From NCBI GenBank assembly GCA_951812855.1, contig OX638337.1, positions 450,001-482,000 of the forward strand: a DNA stretch of 32,000 bases. The letters are read 5' to 3'. Source of the stretch: an uncultured Lentisphaeria bacterium. Its GTDB lineage: Bacteria > Verrucomicrobiota > Lentisphaeria > JABSQK01 > JAJFLO01. The translations under genes were made by a program, and so were the position numbers. Below the pieces are notes generated by a model that was not told the origin of the DNA, ran no database searches, and was given only the letters and a program-made list of their open reading frames with translations. Position 1 is the first letter of the stretch; each line of letters opens with the position of its first letter. Of the stretch, positions 1 to 8,753 are shown piece after piece.

Positions 1-575
1 AGGGTGATGCAACAAAGCACAAAACATTACTTGATTTCAGCAAGGACTACGTGCGTAGAGAATTCAATAAACCAGGAAATGTGTATCTTGGACTTGTTCA
101 TCGGTTAGATAGACTCGTTTCTGGAATAATTGTATTTGCCCGAACTTCAAAAGCGGCATCACGGCTTTCTGAACAATTTCGTGAAGGCAGCGTCAAAAAG
201 ATTTACCGGGCTGTTGTAGAAGGCTCTATATCTAAAAATGATGAATTTATTGACTCTATCGGGCGACGCGGCAGCAGGAGTTTTATTGCTAATGGTAAAT
301 CCGGTAAATATGCAGAATTAAATTATAAACTCATAAAAAAAGTCAACGATTTTTCATTTATTGAAATTAACTTATTGACAGGAAGACACCATCAAATTAG
401 AGTTCAGTTTTCTCATCGGGGATATCCTGTTCTTGGTGATTTACGTTACGGTGGCAAAAAGGTGCGACCAGATAAAACATTGTTACTGCATGCATATTCA
501 ATAACTATTATTCATCCTGTATCCAAAAAGAAACTGAATTTTAAGGCTGATATACCATCAAATTGGGATATTTAA
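1..575 (+). CDS. RluA-family pseudouridine synthase (RluC/RluD-like), 5' end outside the window
   Basis: The reading frame is open from base 3 (GDATKHKTLLDF...), upstream of the listed ORF start at 51. It has the catalytic motif HRLDRLVSG plus GRHHQIRVQ and a C-terminal LHA...H motif typical of RluA-family enzymes. Confidence 0.85.
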   Translation, partial: GDATKHKTLLDFSKDYVRREFNKPGNVYLGLVHRLDRLVSGIIVFARTSKAASRLSEQFREGSVKKIYRAVVEGSISKNDEFIDSIGRRGSRSFIANGKSGKYAELNYKLIKKVNDFSFIEINLLTGRHHQIRVQFSHRGYPVLGDLRYGGKKVRPDKTLLLHAYSITIIHPVSKKKLNFKADIPSNWDI

Positions 576-603
576 ATTTTTAATATTTAGAAAGTAGAAA
601 ATA

Positions 604-1974
604 ATGAAATCAAAAAAGAAAATACCAGGCTTAATTGCTTTTATTTTAATGCTGATATTAGAATTAAATTTATCAGCATCAACTCCTGACAATCAAACAA
701 TTACACAAGAAATGAGATCTGAGTTAGACGCCTTAAAGGCTTTTTTAATAAATCAAATAACACCCAACTTAATCGTTCCTGAACCCGCTCCGGGAAGGAA
801 CGATCTGGTTGTATCCTATGTCCATGAAAAATCGACGCCGGGCTATGCCTATGTTCATTCCAGAACCGCGGTTTATGATAATGCAGCAGCAATCATAGCA
901 CTGGTTATGCTCAATGAAAGAGATAAAGCGGTTTCAATTATAGAATCTCTTATGGGTAATATGAGAGCCGATGGCGATCTCTGGTTTATCATGAATACCC
1001 ACAATTACTGGCCAAACGAGTCCGATAATAAAGGAGCAATGATTCGAACCGGCAGCAGCAGCTGGGTTGGATATGCAGTCTGTTATTTCATTTTGACTGA
1101 ACAATTCTTAGGGATATCAGAAAGAGACAACTCAAAGACTGCTGAATTTTTAACATTCGCTGAAACGATAGCCGATGCCGTGTTACGCCGGCAAATCACC
1201 GATAGAAAGGATTTTCGTTATGGTCTTATAACAGGAGGTGACAGGACTATTGCAATGAAGAATATTGATGGAAAAATTGTTGAACAAATAGTCAACAAAC
1301 CAATCGAATGGATCAGTATTGAGCATAACATCGACAGCTATTTCTTTCTAAGAGACCTCGCCTATTTATCAGGTAAAGATAAATATAAATCTGCAGCAAA
1401 AATTCTAAAAAAGGGAATTCTAAATACGTACAACTATCATTTAGGACACTTTGAACGAGGATTTAATGCGAAAGGGCCCGACCCCTATCGTGCCCTTGAT
1501 TGTGCATCCTGGGGAACAATGTTTTTATTAGCAGCGAAACAGGAAAAGCTGGCATTGTCTACAACAAAATCACTCAACGATTTTAAAAATTCAATTAATG
1601 GACTGATTGGTTTCAAACCATACATTGATACAACCATTTATGAAGATGAAGACGCTCAAAAGTTCTACTATAGAGATGCTCCTGAAAAACGCTGGAATGA
1701 TATTCATTTTTTATGGTCAGAAGGAAGTTTCGGAGCCGCACTCGCTTATATTCGAATGGGAAAGCAAAACCAGGCAAAAGAAATTATTCAATCTTTTATA
1801 GGACCTGAAATGAATGTAAACGGCGGAATCCGATATGCTGACAAAATAATTGAGCACCAATTTACCAATGCACCATCAGCGATCGGCTCAGCCTGGGCTG
1901 TTATTGCCATTAAAAACCTTGAAAATGATAAGCTTGCATCTTTATTCTGGTGTGAAGACTTACCCAGGCGTTAA
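604..1974 (+). CDS. Exported hypothetical protein (N-terminal signal peptide); possibly an alpha/alpha-toroid fold (six-hairpin glycosidase or terpenoid-cyclase-like)
   Basis: 456-aa ORF. The N-terminus KKKIPGLIAFILMLILELNLSAS looks like a signal peptide. Repeated aromatic/Gly-rich segments (SSSWVGYAVCYF, WSEGSFGAALAY, SAIGSAWAVIAI) resemble toroid-repeat proteins. The family assignment is a guess. Confidence 0.55.
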   Translation: MKSKKKIPGLIAFILMLILELNLSASTPDNQTITQEMRSELDALKAFLINQITPNLIVPEPAPGRNDLVVSYVHEKSTPGYAYVHSRTAVYDNAAAIIALVMLNERDKAVSIIESLMGNMRADGDLWFIMNTHNYWPNESDNKGAMIRTGSSSWVGYAVCYFILTEQFLGISERDNSKTAEFLTFAETIADAVLRRQITDRKDFRYGLITGGDRTIAMKNIDGKIVEQIVNKPIEWISIEHNIDSYFFLRDLAYLSGKDKYKSAAKILKKGILNTYNYHLGHFERGFNAKGPDPYRALDCASWGTMFLLAAKQEKLALSTTKSLNDFKNSINGLIGFKPYIDTTIYEDEDAQKFYYRDAPEKRWNDIHFLWSEGSFGAALAYIRMGKQNQAKEIIQSFIGPEMNVNGGIRYADKIIEHQFTNAPSAIGSAWAVIAIKNLENDKLASLFWCEDLPRR

Positions 1975-2015
1975 GATAATTTATAGTTCGTATGAAAAAT
2001 ATCCCTCAAGGATAT

Positions 2016-2337
2016 AGCAAGAGTTATACATGAATGGCACTGAGTTGAGGGCTGAAGAGTCGGCGGCTCTCGGAACCTGAACGATTTTTGTCCCCCGGGG
2101 TTTCCCCACGATTATTACACCAGAGTACAGAGCGTCAAAACAGTCGGGATCGTATCTTCAGCCTCCATACTGTGTTTTACGCTTTTTCCTTCCAGCTTCT
2201 TTCAGGATCAGCATGTACTGAAGCCGTCAAACAGGTACAGAGCTGGTTATATTACCGGAAACGTCGGGATTCCCGGTTCAAATACAAAAGCCTATTTTTG
2301 CAGTGCTTCTAACGCAAAATCATTAAGTACTCTTGTT
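2016..2337. ncRNA. Candidate structured non-coding RNA of unassigned family (G+C-rich island between convergent genes)
   Basis: By hand count, 2041-2280 is 120/240 G+C (50%) versus 18/60 (30%) for 2341-2400. Helices seen: a 10-bp helix 2049-2058 (gggctgaaga) with 2155-2164 (tcttcagcct); nested helices 2192-2198/2240-2246 and 2200-2205/2218-2223; a small hairpin cggg-att-cccg near 2264-2274; and a possible terminal helix 2016-2024/2329-2337. Motifs gtacagagc, cgtcaaa(a)cag and gtcgggat each occur twice. The only ORF here (2088-2312) has an implausible composition. Strand is undetermined. Confidence 0.35.
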
Positions 2338-2492
2338 CATTCATGATCAAAAACTGCATAAAAGCAGAAAGACTTGCTTAATTGTGTGATATTGAAATAG
2401 GATCCCTTCTAAACTCTTCACACAGAAAAGCGGGTGTATCTGTACATTTGCTGAATTATTTTCTCAGCATAAGGCAAGCCAACTTGTGAATA

Positions 2493-5400
2493 TCAGTCTA
2501 ATTTAAACGATGAAATTATTTCGAAGAGTTCATCCAGATAATGCTTTTTATCCTGTGATTTAAGAAAATAACTCTTCTTATGATTAGGGCTAAGTCCGTT
2601 ATCAACCATTAAAATCGTCACTTTATTGCGGGTTATCTTAATCCCCCTGATACCTTTATTCTGGGCGGATATTTTCAATTTCACTAATTTTAGGTAGTTG
2701 ACTGCAGATTCAGGCATCCTGCCATAGCGGTCTTTTAGGTCAAGCTTAAATTGATTTAGTCTTTCAAGTGATTCGAGCGAGGATAAGTCACGATATACAT
2801 TAAGTCTCAATTCATCCTCCCGGATATAGTCCGAAGAAATAACGGTTTGGATTAAATCCGTATTCAAATTGTCATAAGTATTAAAGTCAAAATCAAAGTT
2901 CACCAGTGTCTGTGGAGTGAATGATTCATCTTTTATCCTGGCTACAGCTTCCTTCAATAACTGACAATAAAGATTAAATCCAATTGCTGAAATATGACCA
3001 CTCTGTTCGGCTCCGAGAATGTTGCCCGCACCTCGAATTTCTAAATCACGCATTGCCAGTTTAATTCCGGATCCGAGTTGTGTATATTTAGTTATCGCAG
3101 TTAAACGTTCCTTTGCAGCATCAATGATAAGATCATGTTTTGGAACTAATAAATAAGCATAAGCCTGTCGGTGATAACGCCCGACCCTGCCCCGAAGTTG
3201 ATATAATTCAGCCAACCCGTAACGGTCTGCTCGTTCAATGATAATGGTATTTGCATTTTGAATATCAAGGCCCGATTCAACTATCGTTGTACTAACGAGT
3301 ACATCGATCTTACCATTCATAAATCGCAGCATTACGGCTTCTAATTCAGATTCCTCCATTTGACCGTGAGCAATATCAATTTTAATACCTGGCAGGAGCT
3401 TAGCGATTGACTCTCTTCTCTGGTTAATGCTATGGATTCGATTGTGCAGAAAATAAACCTGACCACTTCGTTGTACTTCCTGCATTATTGCATTTTTAAT
3501 GATTTCCAGGTCAAATTCAGTCACAATGGTTGAAACGGGTAATCGTTCATTCGGCGGAGTCATAATTGTGCTAAGATCTCTCAATCCCGACATTGAAAAA
3601 TAGAGCGTTCGGGGAATGGGTGTGGCACTTAATGTCAATACATCAACATTTGACCTGAGACGTTTTAAACGCTCTTTATGACTGACGCCAAACCTCTGCT
3701 CTTCGTCAATAATAATCAACCCTAAATCAGCAAATTTCACATCAGGCTGTAATAATCGATGTGTACCGATAACGATATCGATTTTTTTTTCAAATAATGC
3801 TGCAACTATCTCACGCTGTTCTTTTTTCGTCCGAAAGCGGGATATTAAATCTATTAAAACCGGAAACGGTTTAAACCGATTTGTAAACGTCAAATAATGT
3901 TGCTGGACAAGAACGGTTGTGGGTGCAAGTACAACTACTTGTTTACCACAGCAAATTGACTTATAGGCTGCCCGCATAGCGACTTCAGTCTTACCAAATC
4001 CCACATCACCACAAATTAATCGGTCCATAGGCTGAGGTTTATCCATATCGTTCAGTACATCAACAATTGTTGTTTGCTGATCTTTAGTTTCAGAATATGG
4101 GAAAAATGCTGTAAAGGACCTTACTTCCTCAGGACTGGCCTGCTTAAAGGAGTATCCCTTTAATGATTTACGTTCTGCTTGTACCTGGATCAATTCTGCA
4201 GCAAGATCTGAAACCGCCGCGACCGCACCAAGTGTGGCTTTTTTCCACCAAACACCATTGACCTTACTTAATTTAGGAACTTTTTTTTTAGCACCAATGT
4301 ACCGACTTACTAAATAAATCTGATCCAGCGGGACATAAATTTTTACATTATTGTCAAACTCCAAAGTTAAAACCTCCCGACAGCCATTTTGAAATTCTGC
4401 CCGGCTCAGTCCTAAAAATCGACAAATTCCATATGCCGCATGAACAGCAAGATCGCCTTCTCCTAAATCCCATCCACTTTGTAATGCATTATCTATTTTA
4501 TAATCTGCTGATTTAACCTTATGTGAACCTGCACCAGTACGGCCAAACAATTCTGCTTCCGTGAGCAGAACTATCTTAGAACCACAGAACATCATCCCCG
4601 CAGTTAATGCATTCTGATTAAAATATGAAACAGACGTTTTTTTTAGGTGGTACTCTTTACCCAGTAATTCATTACATAAATCAAATATTCCTTGTTCTTC
4701 AGAGCAGATTACAATTTCATACCCCTCATCTATCCAGTCTTTAACATAAGTCATAAGACTGTCGTAATGGAGTTGTTCTAAACAGTCGCGGTTTTCGGGA
4801 TGGATAACGGTAGACAGGTGGGATAGAGAATTAACCCTGCAGCGGAATATTTTATGGTCAGCCGGTTTTGTTTCTACAGTATTATCGATTAAAAATACTT
4901 TTTTACAGCGACTGTCTAATATTCGACCAAGTTGATCTAAATGTGAATCATGACCAAATTGTATAAGATGTTCCTTAATTGATTCAATCTCACAAAATAT
5001 CACTGTCAATGACGACTCATCAAAATAGTCAAAAAGACAAAATTCCGTCCTGCTGCTGCTGTCAACCGTATCCACTGACAAAATTTGACACTGTTCAATT
5101 TCTTCTTTACTCCGCTGCGTTTGCGGATCAAACAGTCTAAGAGATTCTATCACATCTCCAAAATATTCAATCCTTACAGGACTGGTATGAGCGGGTGAAT
5201 AAAAATCAAAAATCCCGCCACGACGAGAATATTCACCAGGGACATAAACCTGGGATTCATTGTCATAGTTTAGGGAAACCAAATACCTCGACAGCTTTTC
5301 GGGTGGCCAGCAATCATCATTCAGTCGTAATTCTAATGTCTGCTTCTTAAATTTATTCGGATCTGGAACCGGTGCCAGCAATCCCATTATTGATGAAATA

Positions 5401-5735
5401 AACGCCCCTGTTTCCGTTAGTGCCAGATTACAAACACGGCTGCGTGCAGAATGTGATTTAAATGATTTTGAATGGGTATTATTTTGAATTCCCGGTACCA
5501 AAATATTATTTGTGTTATCATCTAACAGTTTATCAAACGATTCGATCGCCTCCTTTATTTCTTCTGTTTGAGTCAAATCAGAGGTGACAATCAAGAAATT
5601 ACCCCTGGTAATCTCTTGAATTCCTTTTACAGCAATATGAAAGATTGATCGTTCAATTGATAAAACGTTATGATTTTCAACTGCTTTTTTTATGGAATTT
5701 ATTTCACAATTAATTTTTTTTTGCCAATTTTTCAT
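2493..5735 (-). CDS. mfd: Transcription-repair coupling factor Mfd
   Basis: 1080 aa. Superfamily-2 helicase motifs GDVGFGKTEVAMRAA (Walker A), DEEQRFGV and LSATPIPRTL, a C-terminal TRG-type region, and a UvrB-homology N-terminal half. Length and architecture are typical of Mfd. Confidence 0.95.
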   Translation of the reverse strand: MKNWQKKINCEINSIKKAVENHNVLSIERSIFHIAVKGIQEITRGNFLIVTSDLTQTEEIKEAIESFDKLLDDNTNNILVPGIQNNTHSKSFKSHSARSRVCNLALTETGAFISSIMGLLAPVPDPNKFKKQTLELRLNDDCWPPEKLSRYLVSLNYDNESQVYVPGEYSRRGGIFDFYSPAHTSPVRIEYFGDVIESLRLFDPQTQRSKEEIEQCQILSVDTVDSSSRTEFCLFDYFDESSLTVIFCEIESIKEHLIQFGHDSHLDQLGRILDSRCKKVFLIDNTVETKPADHKIFRCRVNSLSHLSTVIHPENRDCLEQLHYDSLMTYVKDWIDEGYEIVICSEEQGIFDLCNELLGKEYHLKKTSVSYFNQNALTAGMMFCGSKIVLLTEAELFGRTGAGSHKVKSADYKIDNALQSGWDLGEGDLAVHAAYGICRFLGLSRAEFQNGCREVLTLEFDNNVKIYVPLDQIYLVSRYIGAKKKVPKLSKVNGVWWKKATLGAVAAVSDLAAELIQVQAERKSLKGYSFKQASPEEVRSFTAFFPYSETKDQQTTIVDVLNDMDKPQPMDRLICGDVGFGKTEVAMRAAYKSICCGKQVVVLAPTTVLVQQHYLTFTNRFKPFPVLIDLISRFRTKKEQREIVAALFEKKIDIVIGTHRLLQPDVKFADLGLIIIDEEQRFGVSHKERLKRLRSNVDVLTLSATPIPRTLYFSMSGLRDLSTIMTPPNERLPVSTIVTEFDLEIIKNAIMQEVQRSGQVYFLHNRIHSINQRRESIAKLLPGIKIDIAHGQMEESELEAVMLRFMNGKIDVLVSTTIVESGLDIQNANTIIIERADRYGLAELYQLRGRVGRYHRQAYAYLLVPKHDLIIDAAKERLTAITKYTQLGSGIKLAMRDLEIRGAGNILGAEQSGHISAIGFNLYCQLLKEAVARIKDESFTPQTLVNFDFDFNTYDNLNTDLIQTVISSDYIREDELRLNVYRDLSSLESLERLNQFKLDLKDRYGRMPESAVNYLKLVKLKISAQNKGIRGIKITRNKVTILMVDNGLSPNHKKSYFLKSQDKKHYLDELFEIISSFKLD

Positions 5736-5893
5736 TTTTTTTTCAATTTATGTATTGCAAAGACTGGTAAAACATTTGATATTGAAGCTTTTTTACCCGG
5801 AATTTTGGAACTCTATTTGTTCTCCGGGATCGATTAATGTTTTGCTGATTCAATTTAATTCAATATCATTGCTAATTAATATCAACTCAACAC

Positions 5894-6763
5894 ATGAGAG
5901 ATAACTTTATGCTTACCGGAAAAACAGACACAATGAAGGCCTATATGCAGGAAATAAGTCAAATTCCCCTTGTCACAAGACAGGAAGAAGTAGACTTGGC
6001 AGCGGAAATTGCACTGGGCAACCCCGAAGCAAGACGCAAACTAATCTCAAGCAATCTCAGATTAGTTGTAAAAATTGCCCACGATTTCAAAGGGTTGGGA
6101 TTACCCTTAGTTGACCTCATATCTGAAGGGAATATCGGTCTGATGAAAGCAGTTGAAAAGTTTGATCCGTCAAAAGGTGCAAAATTCAGCAGTTATGCAG
6201 CCTGGTGGATAAAACAATCAATGCGCCGAGCACTGTCAAATCAAAGTAGAACGATTCGTATTCCTGTCCAATCCGCGGGCAAAATAAACAAAATTAAGCA
6301 CGCAAAAATGAAAATGGGTGAGGAACTTGGAAGAGAACCAACTGACAATGAAATTGCAAATCGTCTTGATTTTAGTAAACGAACAGTCGCTGCACTGCGA
6401 TTAGCCGATCTCCGCACCTTCTCATTACAGGATCCAATCCAAACGGGTGAACAAAGTGTATTTCAGGATATTATACCTGATTATGGTGCTCCCAGACCGG
6501 ACGAAACATTTTGTGGAATTGAAATGCTCAAACGCCTAAAAATATTAATCGGGAAATTAGAATCACGAGAAAAATTGATCTTGATTTTACGATTTGGCTT
6601 AGATGGCGGTCGTCCAAAAACTCTCGAAGAAGTCAGTAAAAAAATAGGAAGAACAAGAGAGAGAGTCAGGCAAATTCAAAATTTGGCATTAAAGAAATTA
6701 AAAAAATATATTGATGAAGAATTTCCACTTTCCACAAATTGCAAATCCAGCTTAGCCATTTAA
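5894..6763 (+). CDS. RNA polymerase sigma factor, sigma-70 family (compact RpoD-like, regions 1.2-4.2, no region 1.1 or non-conserved insert)
   Basis: Region 2 reads NLRLVVKIAHDF...ISEGNIGLMKAVEKFDPSKGAKFSSYAAWWIKQSMRRAL. It is followed by TIRIPV, region 3, and a region 4.2 HTH (EEVSKKIGRTRERVRQIQNLALKKLK). The true start could be 5909 or 5933 rather than 5894. Confidence 0.9.
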   Translation: MRDNFMLTGKTDTMKAYMQEISQIPLVTRQEEVDLAAEIALGNPEARRKLISSNLRLVVKIAHDFKGLGLPLVDLISEGNIGLMKAVEKFDPSKGAKFSSYAAWWIKQSMRRALSNQSRTIRIPVQSAGKINKIKHAKMKMGEELGREPTDNEIANRLDFSKRTVAALRLADLRTFSLQDPIQTGEQSVFQDIIPDYGAPRPDETFCGIEMLKRLKILIGKLESREKLILILRFGLDGGRPKTLEEVSKKIGRTRERVRQIQNLALKKLKKYIDEEFPLSTNCKSSLAI

Positions 6764-6825
6764 ACTGAGAACCGCTTGCAACGCAATTAACATTGCACCC
6801 AGGGGGGGTGAATCAAGACTAAATT

Positions 6826-7020
6826 ATGTCAGAAATTAAACTCAAAAAAAGCGAACCCGTTGACCGTGCCCTTCGCCGTCTTAAGAAAAAATTAGACAAA
6901 GAAGGCACATTAAAGGAACTTCGCAATAGAAGGTTTTACGAAAAACCGAGTGAAATCAAACGCAGAATGGCAAAACGTGCTATATCCAGGGCTCGTGCAA
7001 TGACTCGGTATAATCGATAA
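6826..7020 (+). CDS. rpsU: 30S ribosomal protein S21
   Basis: 64-aa highly basic protein, ...VDRALRRLKKKLDKEGTLKELRNRRFYEKPSEIKRR..., typical of S21. A purine-rich gggggggtga lies upstream of the ATG. Confidence 0.93.
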   Translation: MSEIKLKKSEPVDRALRRLKKKLDKEGTLKELRNRRFYEKPSEIKRRMAKRAISRARAMTRYNR

Positions 7021-7051
7021 GCACCTTATTTTTTATTCGACCTATATTATT

Positions 7052-7089
7052 AAAAACGCGGCAACAGCTATATTGTGCCGCGTTTTTTT
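7052..7089 (+). terminator. Rho-independent terminator downstream of rpsU
   Basis: The cgcggca stem (7057-7063) pairs with tgccgcg (7076-7082). An A-run precedes it and a run of 7 T follows (7083-7089). Confidence 0.7.
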
Positions 7090-7247
7090 ATTTAAACCCT
7101 TTTGCCAACATTAAATAGATTGAATTCTCTTTATTATCAGAGTCGACCATTTCCAAGTTTAAACTATTCCAAAAATCTATTCACAAATTTCCTCACTTAA
7201 ATATAGAGAACAATTTAAAGTTCCTGAATAATTCAAGTAATATTTGT

Positions 7248-7276
7248 TTTACAAACTAAAAAAGAGATACTATTAT
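7248..7276 (+). promoter_or_regulatory. Candidate sigma-70-type promoter for tRNA-Leu
   Basis: TTTACA (7248-7253), a 17-nt spacer, then TATTAT (7271-7276), located 16 nt upstream of the tRNA 5' end. Consensus rules for this lineage are unknown. Confidence 0.35.
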
Positions 7277-7292
7277 TTCAATTCTATTTGTT

Positions 7293-7376
7293 GCCGGAGT
7301 GGCGGAATTGGCAGACGCGCTGGACTCAAAATCCAGTTCTCGCAGGAGAGTGTGGGTTCGACCCCCACCTCCGGTA
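7293..7376 (+). tRNA. tRNA-Leu (anticodon CAA), type II with long variable arm
   Basis: Hand-folded. Acceptor gccggag/ctccggt (G1-U72 wobble); D-stem gcg/cgc; anticodon stem ctgga/tccag with loop cuCAAaa; variable arm tctc-gcag-gaga; T-arm gtggg-ttcgacc-cccac; discriminator A. CCA is not encoded. Confidence 0.93.
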
Positions 7377-7445
7377 CAATATTGAACTCCGAAAAACATA
7401 TCCCGTCGAGCTTTGACTTAAAATTTTTTATATGTTTCAGCCTCC

Positions 7446-8612
7446 ATGAAAATCTGCCACGTAATAACGAGAATGATTGTCGGCGGTGCTCAAGAGAATA
7501 CGCTTCTCTCAGTTAAAGGTCATTTAGAACATGGCTACGAGTGTGCATTGGTGACCGGCCCAACAACAGGGCCAGAAGGTAAACTCCTTGACGAAGTAAA
7601 AGTTCCAGACCTACGTGTAATTATTGACTCGAATCTGTGCAGAGAAATAAATCCAGTTTTTGATTTCTCCGCCTATTTTTCACTTAAAAAATTATTTGTA
7701 TCAGAAAATTTTGATATCGTACATACCCATAGTTCCAAGGCTGGTGTTATTGCCAGATTGGCTGCTGATCATGCCAGGATACCAGTTGTTGTCCATACCG
7801 TTCACGGCCCCTCGTTTCACGATTATCAATCAGGGTGGATAAATTACCTATACATTCTGGCAGAGAAATTTGCAGCCAGGTATTCTGTTCGTATGTATAC
7901 AGTTGCAAACGCAATGAGTACATTATATCTGAACCAGAAAATCGGAAAAGATATAGACTACAAAACGGTTTACAGCGGTATGGATTTGGAACCATTTTTA
8001 CAAAGTGAAAAAGATTCAGATCTTGCAGAAAAACTGGGAATTGACTTAACTCGACCTGTAATCGGTAAAGTCGCAAGACTGTTTAAGCTAAAGGGATATG
8101 ATTATCTTCTTAAGGCTGCTCAGCTTATTGTCAAGGAAATCCCGGATGTCCAGTTCCTGATCGTCGGAGACGGAATTCTTAAAGATTCAATCTGTAATCA
8201 CGTAAAAGAAATGAATTTGACAGATAATTTCATATTTGCCGGACTGGTAGATCCAAAGGTTATCCACAACTATATCGCATTGATGGATATTTTAGTTCAT
8301 CTATCTCTAAGAGAGGGACTGCCACGTTCTGTTGTACAAGCGTTGGCTTCTGGAAAACCGGCAGTTGGATTTGATCTTGACGGGACTCCTGAAGTAATTA
8401 TCAATAATAAAACCGGATATATATGTAACCCCGGGGATTTTAAACAGGTGGCCGATTCAGTAACTAAACTGTTAAAAGCACCTGATGATATCAAAAATAT
8501 GGGTGACTTCGGCAGGGAGTTTGTGCAGAAAAGATGGGATTGGAGAATTATGGTAAGCCAATTAGAACAGGATTACAAAAAACTCCTTATAGAATCTAAA
8601 GAAAAAAACTAA
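7446..8612 (+). CDS. Glycosyltransferase, GT4 family (GT-B fold)
   Basis: 388 aa. N-terminal MKICHVITRMIVGGAQE...HTHSSKAG and a C-terminal E-x7-E-like region (SLREGLPRSVVQALASGKPAVGFDLDGTPEVI) are typical of GT4/'glycosyl transferase group 1' proteins. Confidence 0.85.
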   Translation: MKICHVITRMIVGGAQENTLLSVKGHLEHGYECALVTGPTTGPEGKLLDEVKVPDLRVIIDSNLCREINPVFDFSAYFSLKKLFVSENFDIVHTHSSKAGVIARLAADHARIPVVVHTVHGPSFHDYQSGWINYLYILAEKFAARYSVRMYTVANAMSTLYLNQKIGKDIDYKTVYSGMDLEPFLQSEKDSDLAEKLGIDLTRPVIGKVARLFKLKGYDYLLKAAQLIVKEIPDVQFLIVGDGILKDSICNHVKEMNLTDNFIFAGLVDPKVIHNYIALMDILVHLSLREGLPRSVVQALASGKPAVGFDLDGTPEVIINNKTGYICNPGDFKQVADSVTKLLKAPDDIKNMGDFGREFVQKRWDWRIMVSQLEQDYKKLLIESKEKN

Positions 8613-8644
8613 TTTTCATTCTGCAACCACACAAAACTCGAGAT

Positions 8645-8706
8645 GAAATGAAAAAGTTGTTTTTCATTTTCCAAAACTCTCTGGGTCTGGTCTTTTCTCA
8701 GAGAGT
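8645..8706. terminator. Two adjacent hairpins between convergent genes (candidate bidirectional terminators)
   Basis: Hairpin 1: 8645-8655 (gaaatgaaaaa) pairs with 8660-8670 (tttttcatttt), loop gttg. Hairpin 2: 8676-8683 (actctctg) pairs with 8699-8706 (cagagagt), 15-nt loop, followed on the minus strand by gtttt. Confidence 0.45.
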
Positions 8707-8753
8707 AACGATACCCTCTGATTTAAAACGAAAATAAACCAATCATATCGCGT

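Noticed and set aside
2088-2312. 74-aa ORF in the G+C-rich island as a protein-coding gene
   Set aside because: It has no convincing ribosome-binding site and an odd, low-complexity Ser/Arg/Phe-rich product. It coincides with the helix-forming region, so it is better explained as non-coding.
2016-2337. Assigning the G+C-rich island to RNase P RNA, tmRNA or SRP RNA
   Set aside because: RNase P: local resemblances exist, but I could not form the P4 pairing and the conserved GGUAAGAGC-type specificity-domain motifs are absent. tmRNA: GAGGGCUGA.../...CAGCCUCCA looks acceptor-like, but there is no T-arm (GGUUCGA) and the enclosed region is too short. SRP: no GUCCGGAAGGAAGCAGC-type domain IV on either strand. 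The family is left unassigned.
2018-2345. Two complementary word pairs: caagagt (2018-2024) with actcttg (2329-2335), and catgaatg (2029-2036) with cattcatg (2338-2345)
   Set aside because: Their order is non-nested, so they would cross and cannot both form in one hairpin. Only the first is used, as a tentative closing helix. The second may be coincidence.
5692-5904. 70-aa ORF in the mfd/sigma-factor divergent region
   Set aside because: It overlaps the mfd start on the opposite strand. Its Phe/Ile/Leu-rich product is typical of translated AT-rich non-coding DNA.
7244-7516. 90-aa ORF spanning the tRNA-Leu gene
   Set aside because: It reads straight through a well-folded tRNA (7293-7376) and into the GT4 gene start, so it is spurious.
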